From an uncultured Verrucomicrobiae bacterium (GTDB lineage: Bacteria; Verrucomicrobiota; Verrucomicrobiia; Chthoniobacterales; Chthoniobacteraceae), in the NCBI GenBank assembly GCA_963769025.1, contig CAVYKI010000009.1:640001-704000 (forward strand): a stretch of DNA of 64,000 nucleotides, in the 5' to 3' direction. Shown one piece after another: positions 18,526 through 28,450 of this stretch. A program made the translations under genes and the position numbers. Below the pieces are notes generated by a model. That model had not been told where the DNA came from. It saw only the letters and a program-made list of their open reading frames with translations, and made no database searches. Positions within the stretch are counted from its first letter, which is position 1. Every line of letters begins with the position of its first letter.

Positions 18526-18882
18526 CTACTTGGGCGGAGCGGCCGCGCCGATGTTCGCGGGCTTGGAGATCTCCAGCGCCCCTGCAAAGGTCGCGCCATC
18601 TTCCATCGCGAGACGGAACGTCTTCAGGCTGCCTTGCAGATGCGCGCTCGGCTTCAGGTGGCAGCGCTGCGACACGGACGCTTCGCCATCCACGAGCCCG
18701 GAGCTGGTGAGATTCTCGACCACGATGGACTTCGCGTGGACCTCCGCGCCCTCCGCGATCACGAGCGAACTCCCCTCCACCAGGCTGCCCCGGAACTTGC
18801 CCTCAAACAGCAGTTCCCCTTTGAACTTCAGCGTTCCGGTGACCTCGATGTCTTTTCCCAATCTGCTCTGTACGGTGCTCAT
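18526..18882 (-). CDS. Bactofilin (polymer-forming cytoskeletal protein)
   Basis: LGKDIEVTGTLKFKGELLFEGKFRG...GAEVHA...LAMEDGATFAG beta-solenoid pattern. Confidence 0.85.
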   Translation of the reverse strand: MSTVQSRLGKDIEVTGTLKFKGELLFEGKFRGSLVEGSSLVIAEGAEVHAKSIVVENLTSSGLVDGEASVSQRCHLKPSAHLQGSLKTFRLAMEDGATFAGALEISKPANIGAAAPPK

Positions 18883-19013
18883 GCCGCGCAGCTTCAGCAA
18901 TCGCCCGGCGTTCGGCAACCGCAATCGTTTCCGCCGCTGCAAATGTCCGCGCAAACGCATTCCGGCTTGAAAACCCATTGGCCGTTTGGCGCTCGTGGCG
19001 CGATATTGGCCGC

Positions 19014-19715
19014 ATGAATCTCACCATCCGCAAATCCGACGCCCGGGGCCGGGCCGAGCACGGCTGGCTTCGCTCGCGACACACGTTCAGCTTTGCCGAC
19101 TACTACGATCCGGCGCACATGGGCTTCCGCTCGCTGCGCGTGATCAATGAGGACTTCGTCGCCCCGGGCAGCGGGTTCCCCACGCATCCGCACCGCGACA
19201 TGGAAATCTTCAGCTACATCGTCGAGGGCTCTCTCGCGCATGAGGACAGCATGGGCAATGGCCGCGTGCTGGAGCCCGGGCAGATCCAGCTCATGAGCGC
19301 GGGCCGCGGCGTGACCCACAGCGAGGCGAACCCCTCGGCCACGGACCCGGTGCATCTCCTGCAAATCTGGATCCAGCCCCGCCAGAAAGGCCTGAAGCCC
19401 GGCTACACCGAATGGCATCCCGGCACCGCGCACGAGAGCAACCCCAAGGTCCTCGTCATTTCCCCCGACGGCCGCGAAGGCTCCGCCGTCATCCATCAGG
19501 AAGCCGACGTGTATCGCATCCGCCTCCGCGCGGGGGAATCCGTCTCCCACGGCATCCTCACCGGCCGCGGAGTGTGGCTGCAGGTGATCAAAGGTGCGTT
19601 GAGCGTGAATGACACGCCGCTCACAGCCGGCGACGCGGCGAGCACCGATGACACTGGCACGCTCGACATCACCGCCAGCGAAGACACCGAGGCGCTGCTT
19701 TTTGATCTGCTCTGA
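19014..19715 (+). CDS. Pirin family protein (YhhW-like)
   Basis: HGWLRSRHTFSFADYYDP, GFPTHPHRDMEI, HEDSMGN, MSAGRGVTHSE, LLQIWI. Confidence 0.93.
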   Translation: MNLTIRKSDARGRAEHGWLRSRHTFSFADYYDPAHMGFRSLRVINEDFVAPGSGFPTHPHRDMEIFSYIVEGSLAHEDSMGNGRVLEPGQIQLMSAGRGVTHSEANPSATDPVHLLQIWIQPRQKGLKPGYTEWHPGTAHESNPKVLVISPDGREGSAVIHQEADVYRIRLRAGESVSHGILTGRGVWLQVIKGALSVNDTPLTAGDAASTDDTGTLDITASEDTEALLFDLL

Positions 19716-19736
19716 CATCCACACCCACGCATCCCC

Positions 19737-20192
19737 ATGACCGCACACGACAAGCTCAAGCTCCTCGCCAAAGACCTCACCAAGGATTTCCCGCGCAGCC
19801 CGCGCGAAATGCTCGGAGGCTACGTCATCGCGGGGCGTGCGGTGGACAAATGCCGCTCGGTCCTCGCGGGAACCGCGGGCGAATATCACTCGGGCTGCCC
19901 GCTCGATGAGATCTGGCTGAACTTCGCCTGCATCTCGATGGACGACTTCAAAAAGTTCGTGGCCACCGGCGCGACCGACGCGGAGATCGCGGAGTGGATC
20001 CAAAAGACCGCCACGTCGCGGCCGAGGATCGAGGTCATCAAATGGAACAACGATCTGCGCGGTAAACGCCTCAGCGAAATGCCCGAGGGCATTCAGGAAT
20101 ACATGGAGGATTACGTGGCGAAATTCATCCCGCGCAACCGCCCCATCTACGCCTTCTTCGACATCTACGACATCGAGGAACAGCGCATCTGA
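19737..20192 (+). CDS. DUF5069 domain protein
   Basis: DLTKDFPRSPREMLGGY...RAVDKCR...GEYHSGCPLD...ATDAEI...WN. Confidence 0.8.
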   Translation: MTAHDKLKLLAKDLTKDFPRSPREMLGGYVIAGRAVDKCRSVLAGTAGEYHSGCPLDEIWLNFACISMDDFKKFVATGATDAEIAEWIQKTATSRPRIEVIKWNNDLRGKRLSEMPEGIQEYMEDYVAKFIPRNRPIYAFFDIYDIEEQRI

Positions 20193-20199
20193 GGCTCCG

Positions 20200-21012
20200 C
20201 TACAGCGCGATGCCAAAGACGCGCGCCACCTTGCCCACGAACGGCCGCAGCGGCTCCGGGCAGTTTTGCCGCCACTCGGCGAGGTACGCGGCGAGCGGCA
20301 TCTTCCGGTCGCGCGAGCCGAGATTCATGAAGGTGACCGCCTCCCATGCACGCGGCTCGGCCTCGAGCAGCGGGAGCAGTTGCGCGGCCACGATGGCGTT
20401 ACTCGTGCGCAGCTTCGGGTTGCGCCGCATCGCCGGTTCATTCTGCCGGAACCACCGGATGAAGTCCCCGCGCCCGCCCGCGGCGCGCATCCGCTCCGCC
20501 GCGTATTCGGCGAATTCCGGCGCGTACGAGCGCCAGTTCCGGAAAGGCGCGGACCGCTCCCAGGACTTTGCCATCGCGCGCAGCGCGAAGAGCGACGCCG
20601 CCTCGGCGAGGCTTTCCTCCAGCCACAGGTGCGGCTTTCCATCCGCGCGCCACGTCCGCCGCCAGTCGTTGCTCTGCGCGGCCAGCACGTGGCAGAACTC
20701 GTGCGCAAACTGGAAGGCCATCTGCGCGCACCGCCGGTCCCCGGCCTCGATGCCGACGATGATTTTCCCGTCCGGCGTCCGCTCCCACGCCGTCTGCGGA
20801 TGCCCCTCGCGATGATGCACCACGATCGGCCCGATGCGCGTGCGCCGGCAATGCCGCGCGATTTCCTCCCCCGCCGCGAGCGCCACCGCCCGCACCTCCC
20901 GCGCGCTCATCCGCCCCCACCCGCCCTCCGCCACCGCGATGTCGAGCGTGGCCGCGCGGAGCGGACCCGCCATCACGGCGAGCAGAAGGGCGATGAAAAG
21001 AAAGTGCTTCAT
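20200..21012 (-). CDS. Secreted protein with HExxH zinc metallopeptidase-like motif
   Basis: Signal peptide MKHFLFIALLLAV; FQFAHEFCHV followed by WLEESLAE. Confidence 0.65.
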   Translation of the reverse strand: MKHFLFIALLLAVMAGPLRAATLDIAVAEGGWGRMSAREVRAVALAAGEEIARHCRRTRIGPIVVHHREGHPQTAWERTPDGKIIVGIEAGDRRCAQMAFQFAHEFCHVLAAQSNDWRRTWRADGKPHLWLEESLAEAASLFALRAMAKSWERSAPFRNWRSYAPEFAEYAAERMRAAGGRGDFIRWFRQNEPAMRRNPKLRTSNAIVAAQLLPLLEAEPRAWEAVTFMNLGSRDRKMPLAAYLAEWRQNCPEPLRPFVGKVARVFGIAL

Positions 21013-21317
21013 GGGCGACAGAGAATGAGGTGCCCCTTCGTTAAAACCCCATCTTTCGTTCGAGGCAACGCATTGACGAGGGCCGGGCTCACCGTTGCGC
21101 GCGATTGCCAACGCGCGGGAAGGCGCGCGCGCCGGCAGGGCTAAACACGGCACTTCTATCGTTGCCGCCAGCGGGTTTTCGGGGGCGGGGTGCGGGAGAG
21201 ACCTGGAGATTGGGGGACCCTCCTCTCCCTGTCTCCCCGTCTCCAAGTCCCCCTCTCCACTCCCCGCTCCACCCCGGGATTGCGTGTGCTGTCCGCGCTG
21301 TGTACCGCTCGCTCCCG

Positions 21318-23296
21318 ATGAACCCCTCCTCCTTCCCCATCATCCCGCAGTTGCTTCGTTCGGTTTCGCTTTTCGTCCTGCTGGTCGCGGGGGGCGCACT
21401 TTCCGCCGCGGCGGATGCGGCTCGGCCCAATATCCTATGGATCACCAGCGAGGATCACGGGCCGCACATGGGGTGCTATGGGGATGCCTATGCGACGACG
21501 CCGAATGTGGACGCGCTCGCGAAGCGCGGGCTGCTTTTCACGAAGTGCTGGTCGAATGCGCCGGTGTGCGCGCCGGCGCGGACGACGATCATCACGGGGA
21601 TGTATCCGACGAGCCTCGGCGCGGAGCACATGCGGAGCATGGTGCCGTTCCCGGCGGGGAAGAAGATGTTCCCGCAGTTCCTCCGCGAGGCGGGCTACTA
21701 CTGCACGAACAACTGCGAAGGAGGACTACAACATCGCGAAGCCGGGGCAGGTGTGGGATGAGTCGTCGAAGGACGCGCATTGGAAGAATCGCGCGGCGGG
21801 CACGCAGGGCCAGGGGGCGCAGCCGTTCTTCGCGGTCTTCAACTCGACCAAGAGCCACGAGAGCCAGATCCGCAAGCGCCCGCACACGCAGGTCCACGAC
21901 CCGGCGAAGGTGCGCGTGCCGGCGTATCATCCCGACACGCCGGAGGTGCGGCAGGATTGGGCGCAGTATTATGACACCGTGACGGAGGCGGACGCGGACG
22001 CGGGCAGCGCATCTCGACGGAGTTGGAAAAGGCGGGGCTCACGGAGGACACGATCATTTTCTACTACGCCGACCACGGCTCGGGGATGCCGCGGAACAAG
22101 CGCTGGCCTTACAACTCCGGCCTGCACGTGCCGCTGGTGGTGTTACATCCCGGAGAAGTTCAAGGAGCTGCGTCCGCCGGAATACAAGGCGGGCGGGAAG
22201 TCGGACCGGCTGGTGAGCTTCGTGGACCTCGCGCCGACGATGCTCAGCCTCATCGGCGTGAAGCCGCCGGAATGGATGCAGGGCCACGCCTTTCTCGGGA
22301 AGTTCATCGCGGAGCCGCAGCCCTTCCTGCACGGCTTCCGCGGCCGCATGGACGAGCGCCTCGACCTCGTGCGCAGCGTGACGGACGGCCGCTACGTCTA
22401 TGTGCGCAACTACATGCCGCACCTCATCTACGGCCAGCATCTCAACTACATGTGGCAGACGCCGACCACGCGCGTGTGGGAGCAGCTTCACAAGGAGGGC
22501 AAGCTGAACGCCGCGCAGGACAAGTTCTGGAACCCGAAGCCGCCGGAGGAGCTGTTCGATCTGCAGAGTGATCCGGATGAAGTGAAGAATCTGGCGGACT
22601 CGAAGGAGCACGAGGAGATCAAGACGAAGCTCCGCAAAGGCCCAGACGACTACACGCAATTCGAATTCGCGATGTCGGCTTCCTTCCCGAAGGCGAGCGC
22701 GCGATCCATTGGGCGGGCAAGGGACCGTATCCCTTACGACATTGATAAGCCACCTGGTTCAAGGAAATACTCCTGCGTCACGCGGGCTATATTTCCAGCG
22801 GAAGATGCGTCAAAAGCGCACTGGCCCGGCTTCCCAGTTTACCCTCCATCGGCACTCGACTGGCGATCCTTCAAGAGCAAATGCATTCTACAGAATTTCT
22901 TGTAAGGTATTGGGCAGTGCTCGGTCACCAAATGCGCGGCAAGCCAGCGGTGGACGCGAGCCATGACGCACTGCGTGTCCGCGTTGAAAGACACCTCCGC
23001 CGCCCGTCCGCATCGCCGCGGCGCGGGCGCTGGCGAAATTCGGCACGGAGGCCGACGCGCAGGCGGCGTTCACGGTGCTGCTCGATGCCGCGGACTGGTC
23101 GAAGAACGACGTCTTCACCGCGATGTCCGCGCTGGATGCGCTCGCCGCCACCGCCGGGAAGATCGCGCAGTCGAAAGACGCCGCCGCCCTCGCCGCCCGG
23201 ATCAAAGCCCTTCCCGCCAAAGGCCCCGCCCCCGACGCCCGCTACAAGGAATACATCCCGCGCCTCCTGGAGGAACTGCGCGAGCGCTTGCCGTAG
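21318..23296 (+). CDS. Sulfatase with C-terminal HEAT-like repeats (several frameshifts, probably sequencing errors)
   Basis: [16 protein letters not shown] formylglycine motif, [35 protein letters not shown] spread across several frames; garbled segment at about 22640-23010. Confidence 0.8.
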
Positions 23297-23328
23297 GACG
23301 CGAGAAACAGGGCGCATCCGCTGAAGAT

Positions 23329-23491
23329 AGCCCAGGCACTTCAGTGCTGGCGTTCCGATTCGGAAAGGCAAAGCGCAGTCCCGCAGGGACCGGCAGGCCG
23401 CGGACGACGCGCGGCAACCTTTGCTGTTCGTCCCTCCGGGACTCGTTGCTCGGCTGCATCCGGGATCCCGCAGCACTGAAGTGCTGGCGCT
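23329..23491. repeat. Nested inverted-repeat (REP/MITE-like) element
   Basis: Outer arms AGCCCAGGCACTTCAGTGCTGG / GCAGCACTGAAGTGCTGGCGCT; inner arms AGTCCCGCAGGGAC (23377-23390) / GTCCCTCCGGGACT (23430-23443); each arm is itself a hairpin. Confidence 0.65.
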
Positions 23492-23629
23492 CACTCTCCG
23501 CGAGGCTGTCATCGTCATTGCGTGCTCTGCGTTTCAACTCCTCCCATCGCCGGCAAAGAAGCATGACGGAAAAAACAGAGGTTGAGCCTTGCCCAAATCC
23601 TTAAGTCCCTGTATCTCCCGCGCCGAATT

Positions 23630-24954
23630 ATGCGTTTTCCACTAGCACTCACGGCCCGAATCGCCCGGCACATCATCAGCAATAAGCTTCGCGGCGTTAA
23701 GAAATTCGCGACCGTGCTCCAGCTCGAGCCGCTCCACACCTGCAACCTGACCTGCACCGGCTGCGGACGCATCCGCGAATATTCGACCTCGATCAAGGAC
23801 GTGATGCCGCTGGCGGACTGCCTCGCAGGCTGCCGAGGAATGCGGGGCGCCGATGGTGAGCATTTGCGGCGGCGAGCCGCTCATTTACCCGCACATCGAG
23901 GACCTCGTGGCGGCCTGCTCGAAGCGCAAGCGCATCGTCTACATCTGCACGAACGCCACGGCGATGCGGAAGAAGATGCGCGACTATCTGGCGTCCATTT
24001 TCCTGAAAAATCCCGCCGCGGCCGAGGCGAAAATCCAGTTGCTGCTGAGCGAGGAACTCATCACCAACGCGCAGGCCGACGAGGTCGCGCAAAGGCCCGA
24101 AGGACGCGAAGAAGCCGGTCATCTCGCCGACGCAGTGGATGTATTGGAACGTGCATCTCGACGGCCTGGAGCGGACGCACGACCTCATCGTGGAGCGCGA
24201 AGGCGTCTTCAAGGAAGCCGTGCTGGCGATGCGCATGGCGAAGGTGCTCGGCTACCAGGTCGCGACGAACACGACCGTCTATAAGGAGACCGAGGTGCAG
24301 GAAATCGAGGACCTGTTCGCCTTCCTCAACACGCTGAACGTGGACGGCCACACCATCGCGCCCGGCTACGAATACGACGCCGCCAAGGCCGACATGGTGA
24401 AGCGTCTCGGCATCGAGCCGGAGAATTTTTTCCTCACGCGCAAGCTGACCATCAAGAAGTTCGCCAAGATCGAGGAGTGGGGCCGCCTTTTCCCGATCTT
24501 CGGCACGCCGGTGTATCTCGAATTCCTCGCCGGCAAGCGCGACCTGACGTGCTCCGCCTGGGCCATCCCGACCCGCAACGTGCGCGGCTGGAAAGGCCCG
24601 TGCTACCTGATGACGGACGGCCACTACAAGACCTACAACGACCTGCTCGAAAAGACGAATTGGGACAAGGTCGGCGTGGTGAATGGCGAGGCCCGCGACC
24701 CGCGTTGCGAGAACTGCATGATGAACTGCGGCTACGAGCCCACCGCGGCCCTCGGCCTGAACGGCAAGCGCGGCGACATGTGGAAGACGATCAAGTTCAA
24801 CTTCGGCACGAAGCCGAAGCCGAAGCCGGTGCAGATCGACGCCTTCAACGGCGTGACGTGCGGCAAAGGCCACGCGACCGGCCCCGCCGCTCCCGCGAAA
24901 AACGCGTGCGGCACGGGTGAAAACGCGGATCTCGCGGCAACCGCCGCGAAGTAA
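23630..24954 (+). CDS. hpnH: Adenosyl-hopene transferase, radical SAM (2 frameshifts)
   Basis: LEPLHTCNLTCTGCGRIREY (CxxxCxxC), VSICGGEPL, CTN, VHLDG, WAIPTRNVRGWKGPCYL, DPRCENCMMNCGYEPTA (DUF3463-like); directly upstream of shc. Confidence 0.88.
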
Positions 24955-24977
24955 TCCCGAGGCCCCGGCAGCGTCCG

Positions 24978-26988
24978 ATGATTACTGAGACAATTCCGCA
25001 GACCGAACGCGATCCCCTCCCCCGCGCCATCGGGCTCGCGCAGGCAAATCTCCTCCGGCTCCAGCGCGAGGACGGCCACTGGTGCGGCGAGCTGTTCGTC
25101 GATAGCACGCTCGTCAGCGATTACATCGCCTACATGCACTGGGCGGGCGAAGTGGATCCGGTGCTCCAGGAAAAATGCGTCGCGCACATCCGCCGCCGCC
25201 AGCTCCCGGACGGCGGCTGGAACATCTACGAGGGCGGCCCGAGCGAGATCAACGCGACGGTCAAAGCCTACTTCGCGCTGAAGCTCGCCGGGCCACGCGC
25301 CGAATCTGCCCGTGGATGCACGAGGCCCGCGCCGCGGCGCTCCGCCTCGGCGGCATCCCGCGGATGAACACCTACTCGAAGCTCTACCTCGCGCTTCTCG
25401 GACAGTTCCCGTGGAAATATCTGCCGACCGTCCCGCCGGAGATGCTGCTTTTCCCGAAGTGGTTCTTCTTCAACATCTACCAGATGAGCTCGTGGACGCG
25501 CGCGATGCTCATCCCGCTCGCGATCCTGAATCACTTCCAGCCCACGCGCCATCTGCCGCCGGAAGTCGCGCTGCACGAGCTCTACCCCGTCGGCTCCGAG
25601 CAGGCGGACATGCGCCCGCGCTGGCGCAAGCCGCGCTTCTCGTGGCCGAATTTCTTCCTGTGCTGCGACCGCCTGCTGAAACGGCTCCGCCCTTTCCAAA
25701 TCAAGCCGCTGCCGCAAGCGCGCGCTGCGCATGCTGCGAGGACTGGCTGCTCGAACACATCGGCGAAGGCAGCGACGGTCTCGGCGCGATTTTCCCCGCG
25801 ATGCTGAACTCGATCATCGCGCTCAAGGCGCTCGGCTACACCAACGACCATCCCGCTGCTCGCGAAGGCGAAGCGCGACTTCGAGGGACTCTTCGTGGAT
25901 GACCCGACGGACTTCCGCATCCAGCCGTGCCTCTCGCCGGTGTGGGACACGGCCATCACGACCATCGCGCTCGCCGACAGCGGCGTGCCGCCGTCAAACG
26001 ACGGCGCTCCAGCGCGCGGAGCAATGGCTCGCTTTCCAAGGAAGTGCGCATCCGCGGCGATTGGGCGGTGAAGAACCCGCACCCCGAGGCCGAGCGGCTG
26101 GGCGTTTGAATATCGCAACGACTACTACCCCGACACCGACGACACGATGATGGTCCTCATGGCGCTGCGCGCCGCGCGGCCCGACGTCGATTTCGGCGTC
26201 GAGCAATTCAGCGCACGCAGCGCGAAGCCCGCCGCGCCTGCCGACGAGCGCACGGCGATCTACCAGCGCGCGCTGCGCTGGCTCATGAGCTTCCAGTGCA
26301 AGGACGGCGGCTGGGCGGCGTTCGACAAGGACGTGACGCACCGCTGGCTCGAGGACGTTCCCTTTGCCGACCACAACGCGATCCTCGATCCCACGTGCAG
26401 CGACCTCACCGGCCGCGTGCTCGAGCTGCTCGGGAAGATCGGATTCCCGCGCAACGACAAGCGCATCCGCCGCGCCATCAAGCTCATCCAGCGACACGCA
26501 GGATTCCGACGGCTCGTGGTATGGCCGCTGGGGCGTGAATTACATCTACGGCACGTGGCAGGTGCTCCGCGGCCTCCGCAGCATCGGCGAAGACATGCGC
26601 CAGCCGTGGATCGTCCGCGCGCGCGACTGGCTGGAGAGCTGCCAGAACGAAGACGGCGGCTGGGGCGAGACCTGCACGAGCTACGACGACCCGACCTTGA
26701 AGGGCCGCGGCCCGAGCACGCCCTCGCAGACCGCGTGGGCGCTCATGGGCATCATCTCCGCGACCGATTCGTCGCGCCAGGCGGCGTTCGACTGCAAGAG
26801 CATCCGCCGCGGCGTCGAGTTTCTCATCGAGCCGCCAAAATGCCGACGGCTCGTGGCCCGAACCCGAGACGACCGGCACCGGCTTCCCGTGCGTGTTCTA
26901 CCTCAAGTACGACATGTACCGGAACAACTGGCCGCTCATGGCACTGGCCCACTACGCGACGGCCATCGGCGTGCTCAAGCGCGACTGA
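24978..26988 (+). CDS. shc: Squalene-hopene cyclase (multiple frameshifts)
   Basis: QREDGHWCGEL, QLPDGGW, QPCLSPVWDT, YYPDTDDT catalytic motif, QCKDGGWAAFD, GSWYGRWGVNYIYGTW, STPSQTAWAL, GTGFP.VFYLKY. Confidence 0.92.
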
Positions 26989-27002
26989 TTCGCCGCGCCC
27001 GC

Positions 27003-28340
27003 TCAGTCGCGGGCGAGTTCTTCGAGCAGCGCCTTGTTCAGGCGGATTCCTGCCTCGAAGTTTTCGACGGGGAAATTTTCGTCGGGCGCGTGCGCGCGGC
27101 AGTTGGGCAGCGCGAGGCCGAGGAGGAGGGTCTCGACGCCGAGGATTTCGCGGAAGGTGGTCACGATCGGGATGCTGCCGCCTTCACGGATGAGGGCGAG
27201 GTCGTGGCCGGGGAATGACGCGGCGAGCGCGCGCTGTGCGGCCTTTCCATACGCGGAATGCGGGTCGGTGAGGTAAGGTTCGCCGCCGTGGCCGTCGGCG
27301 ATTTCGAGGCGGACACCGGGTGGGCAGTTCGCGGTGAGATGCGCGCGGACCTTCGCGAGGATGTCGGCAGGATGTTGGCCGGGGACGAGGCGGAACGTGA
27401 GTTTCACGAAGGCCTCGCGCGGGATGACGGTCTTGCTGCCGGTGCCCTGGAAGCCGCCGCCGATGCCGTTCACCTCGGCGGTCGGCCGGGCCCATGCGCG
27501 CTCGAGCGTGGTGAAGCCTTCCTCGCCGAACGGATGCGCGGCACCGGTGACAAACAGGAGTTCCTTTTCACCGAATGGCAGGCGCGCCCATGCGTCGCGC
27601 TCCCAGTCCTGGAGCGGCGCGACGCCGTCGTAAAAGCCCGGCACGGCGACACGCCCGTGCGCGTCGTGCAACGTGGCGACGAGACGCGCGACGGCGGTGG
27701 CGGGATTCGCGACCGTGCCGCCGTAGATGCCGCTGTGCAGATCGATGGACGGGCCGTGGACGCGCACTTCCATGGCGGCGATGCCGCGCAGGCCGTAGGT
27801 GAAGGTGGGCGTGCGCGGCGCGATCATGCCGGTGTCGCTGATGGCGATGAGGTCGCAGCGGAGGGCGTCGCGATTCGCGGAAAGGAATTCGGCGAGGTGC
27901 TTGCTGCCGACCTCCTCCTCGCCCTCGATGAGGAAGATGAGATTCACCGGAAGCTCGCCCTTTTCGCGCAGCGTCTCGCCGACGCCGAGGACGTGCGCGA
28001 GGATCTGGCCCTTGTTGTCCGTGGAGCCGCGCGCGTAGATGATGCCATCGCGCACGACGGGCTCGAAGGGCGGCGAGGTCCATTCGGCGAGCGGCTCGAC
28101 GGGCTGCACGTCGTAGTGGCCGTAAATCATGACCGTGCGGCGGCCGGGCTTGTGTTCGTTGCGCGCGGTGATGATGGGATGCCCGCCGGTCGGATGAAGT
28201 TCGGCGGTGAGGCCGATGGCGCGGAGTTTCGCGACGAGCCAGCCGGCGCATTTCGCGACGTCGCCGGCGTGGCGCGGCTCGGTGGAGACGCTGGGGAACC
28301 GGATGAAGGAGAACAGATCGTCGAGGTGCGGACTTTGCAT
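27003..28340 (-). CDS. M20/ArgE-DapE family dipeptidase
   Basis: YGHYDVQP, ARGSTDNKGQ, EGEEEVGS, DLHSG, GGSIP, HAPDE. Confidence 0.92.
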   Translation of the reverse strand: MQSPHLDDLFSFIRFPSVSTEPRHAGDVAKCAGWLVAKLRAIGLTAELHPTGGHPIITARNEHKPGRRTVMIYGHYDVQPVEPLAEWTSPPFEPVVRDGIIYARGSTDNKGQILAHVLGVGETLREKGELPVNLIFLIEGEEEVGSKHLAEFLSANRDALRCDLIAISDTGMIAPRTPTFTYGLRGIAAMEVRVHGPSIDLHSGIYGGTVANPATAVARLVATLHDAHGRVAVPGFYDGVAPLQDWERDAWARLPFGEKELLFVTGAAHPFGEEGFTTLERAWARPTAEVNGIGGGFQGTGSKTVIPREAFVKLTFRLVPGQHPADILAKVRAHLTANCPPGVRLEIADGHGGEPYLTDPHSAYGKAAQRALAASFPGHDLALIREGGSIPIVTTFREILGVETLLLGLALPNCRAHAPDENFPVENFEAGIRLNKALLEELARD

Positions 28341-28450
28341 CAGCGAACGCTACACGTGCCGTGCGGCCAACGGCAACGTCCGGTGTGTGACGAATCCCCT
28401 TCTCGACTTCACCGCTGCGCGTTCCGTAGAAACGCAGCCCGCAATTTTCC

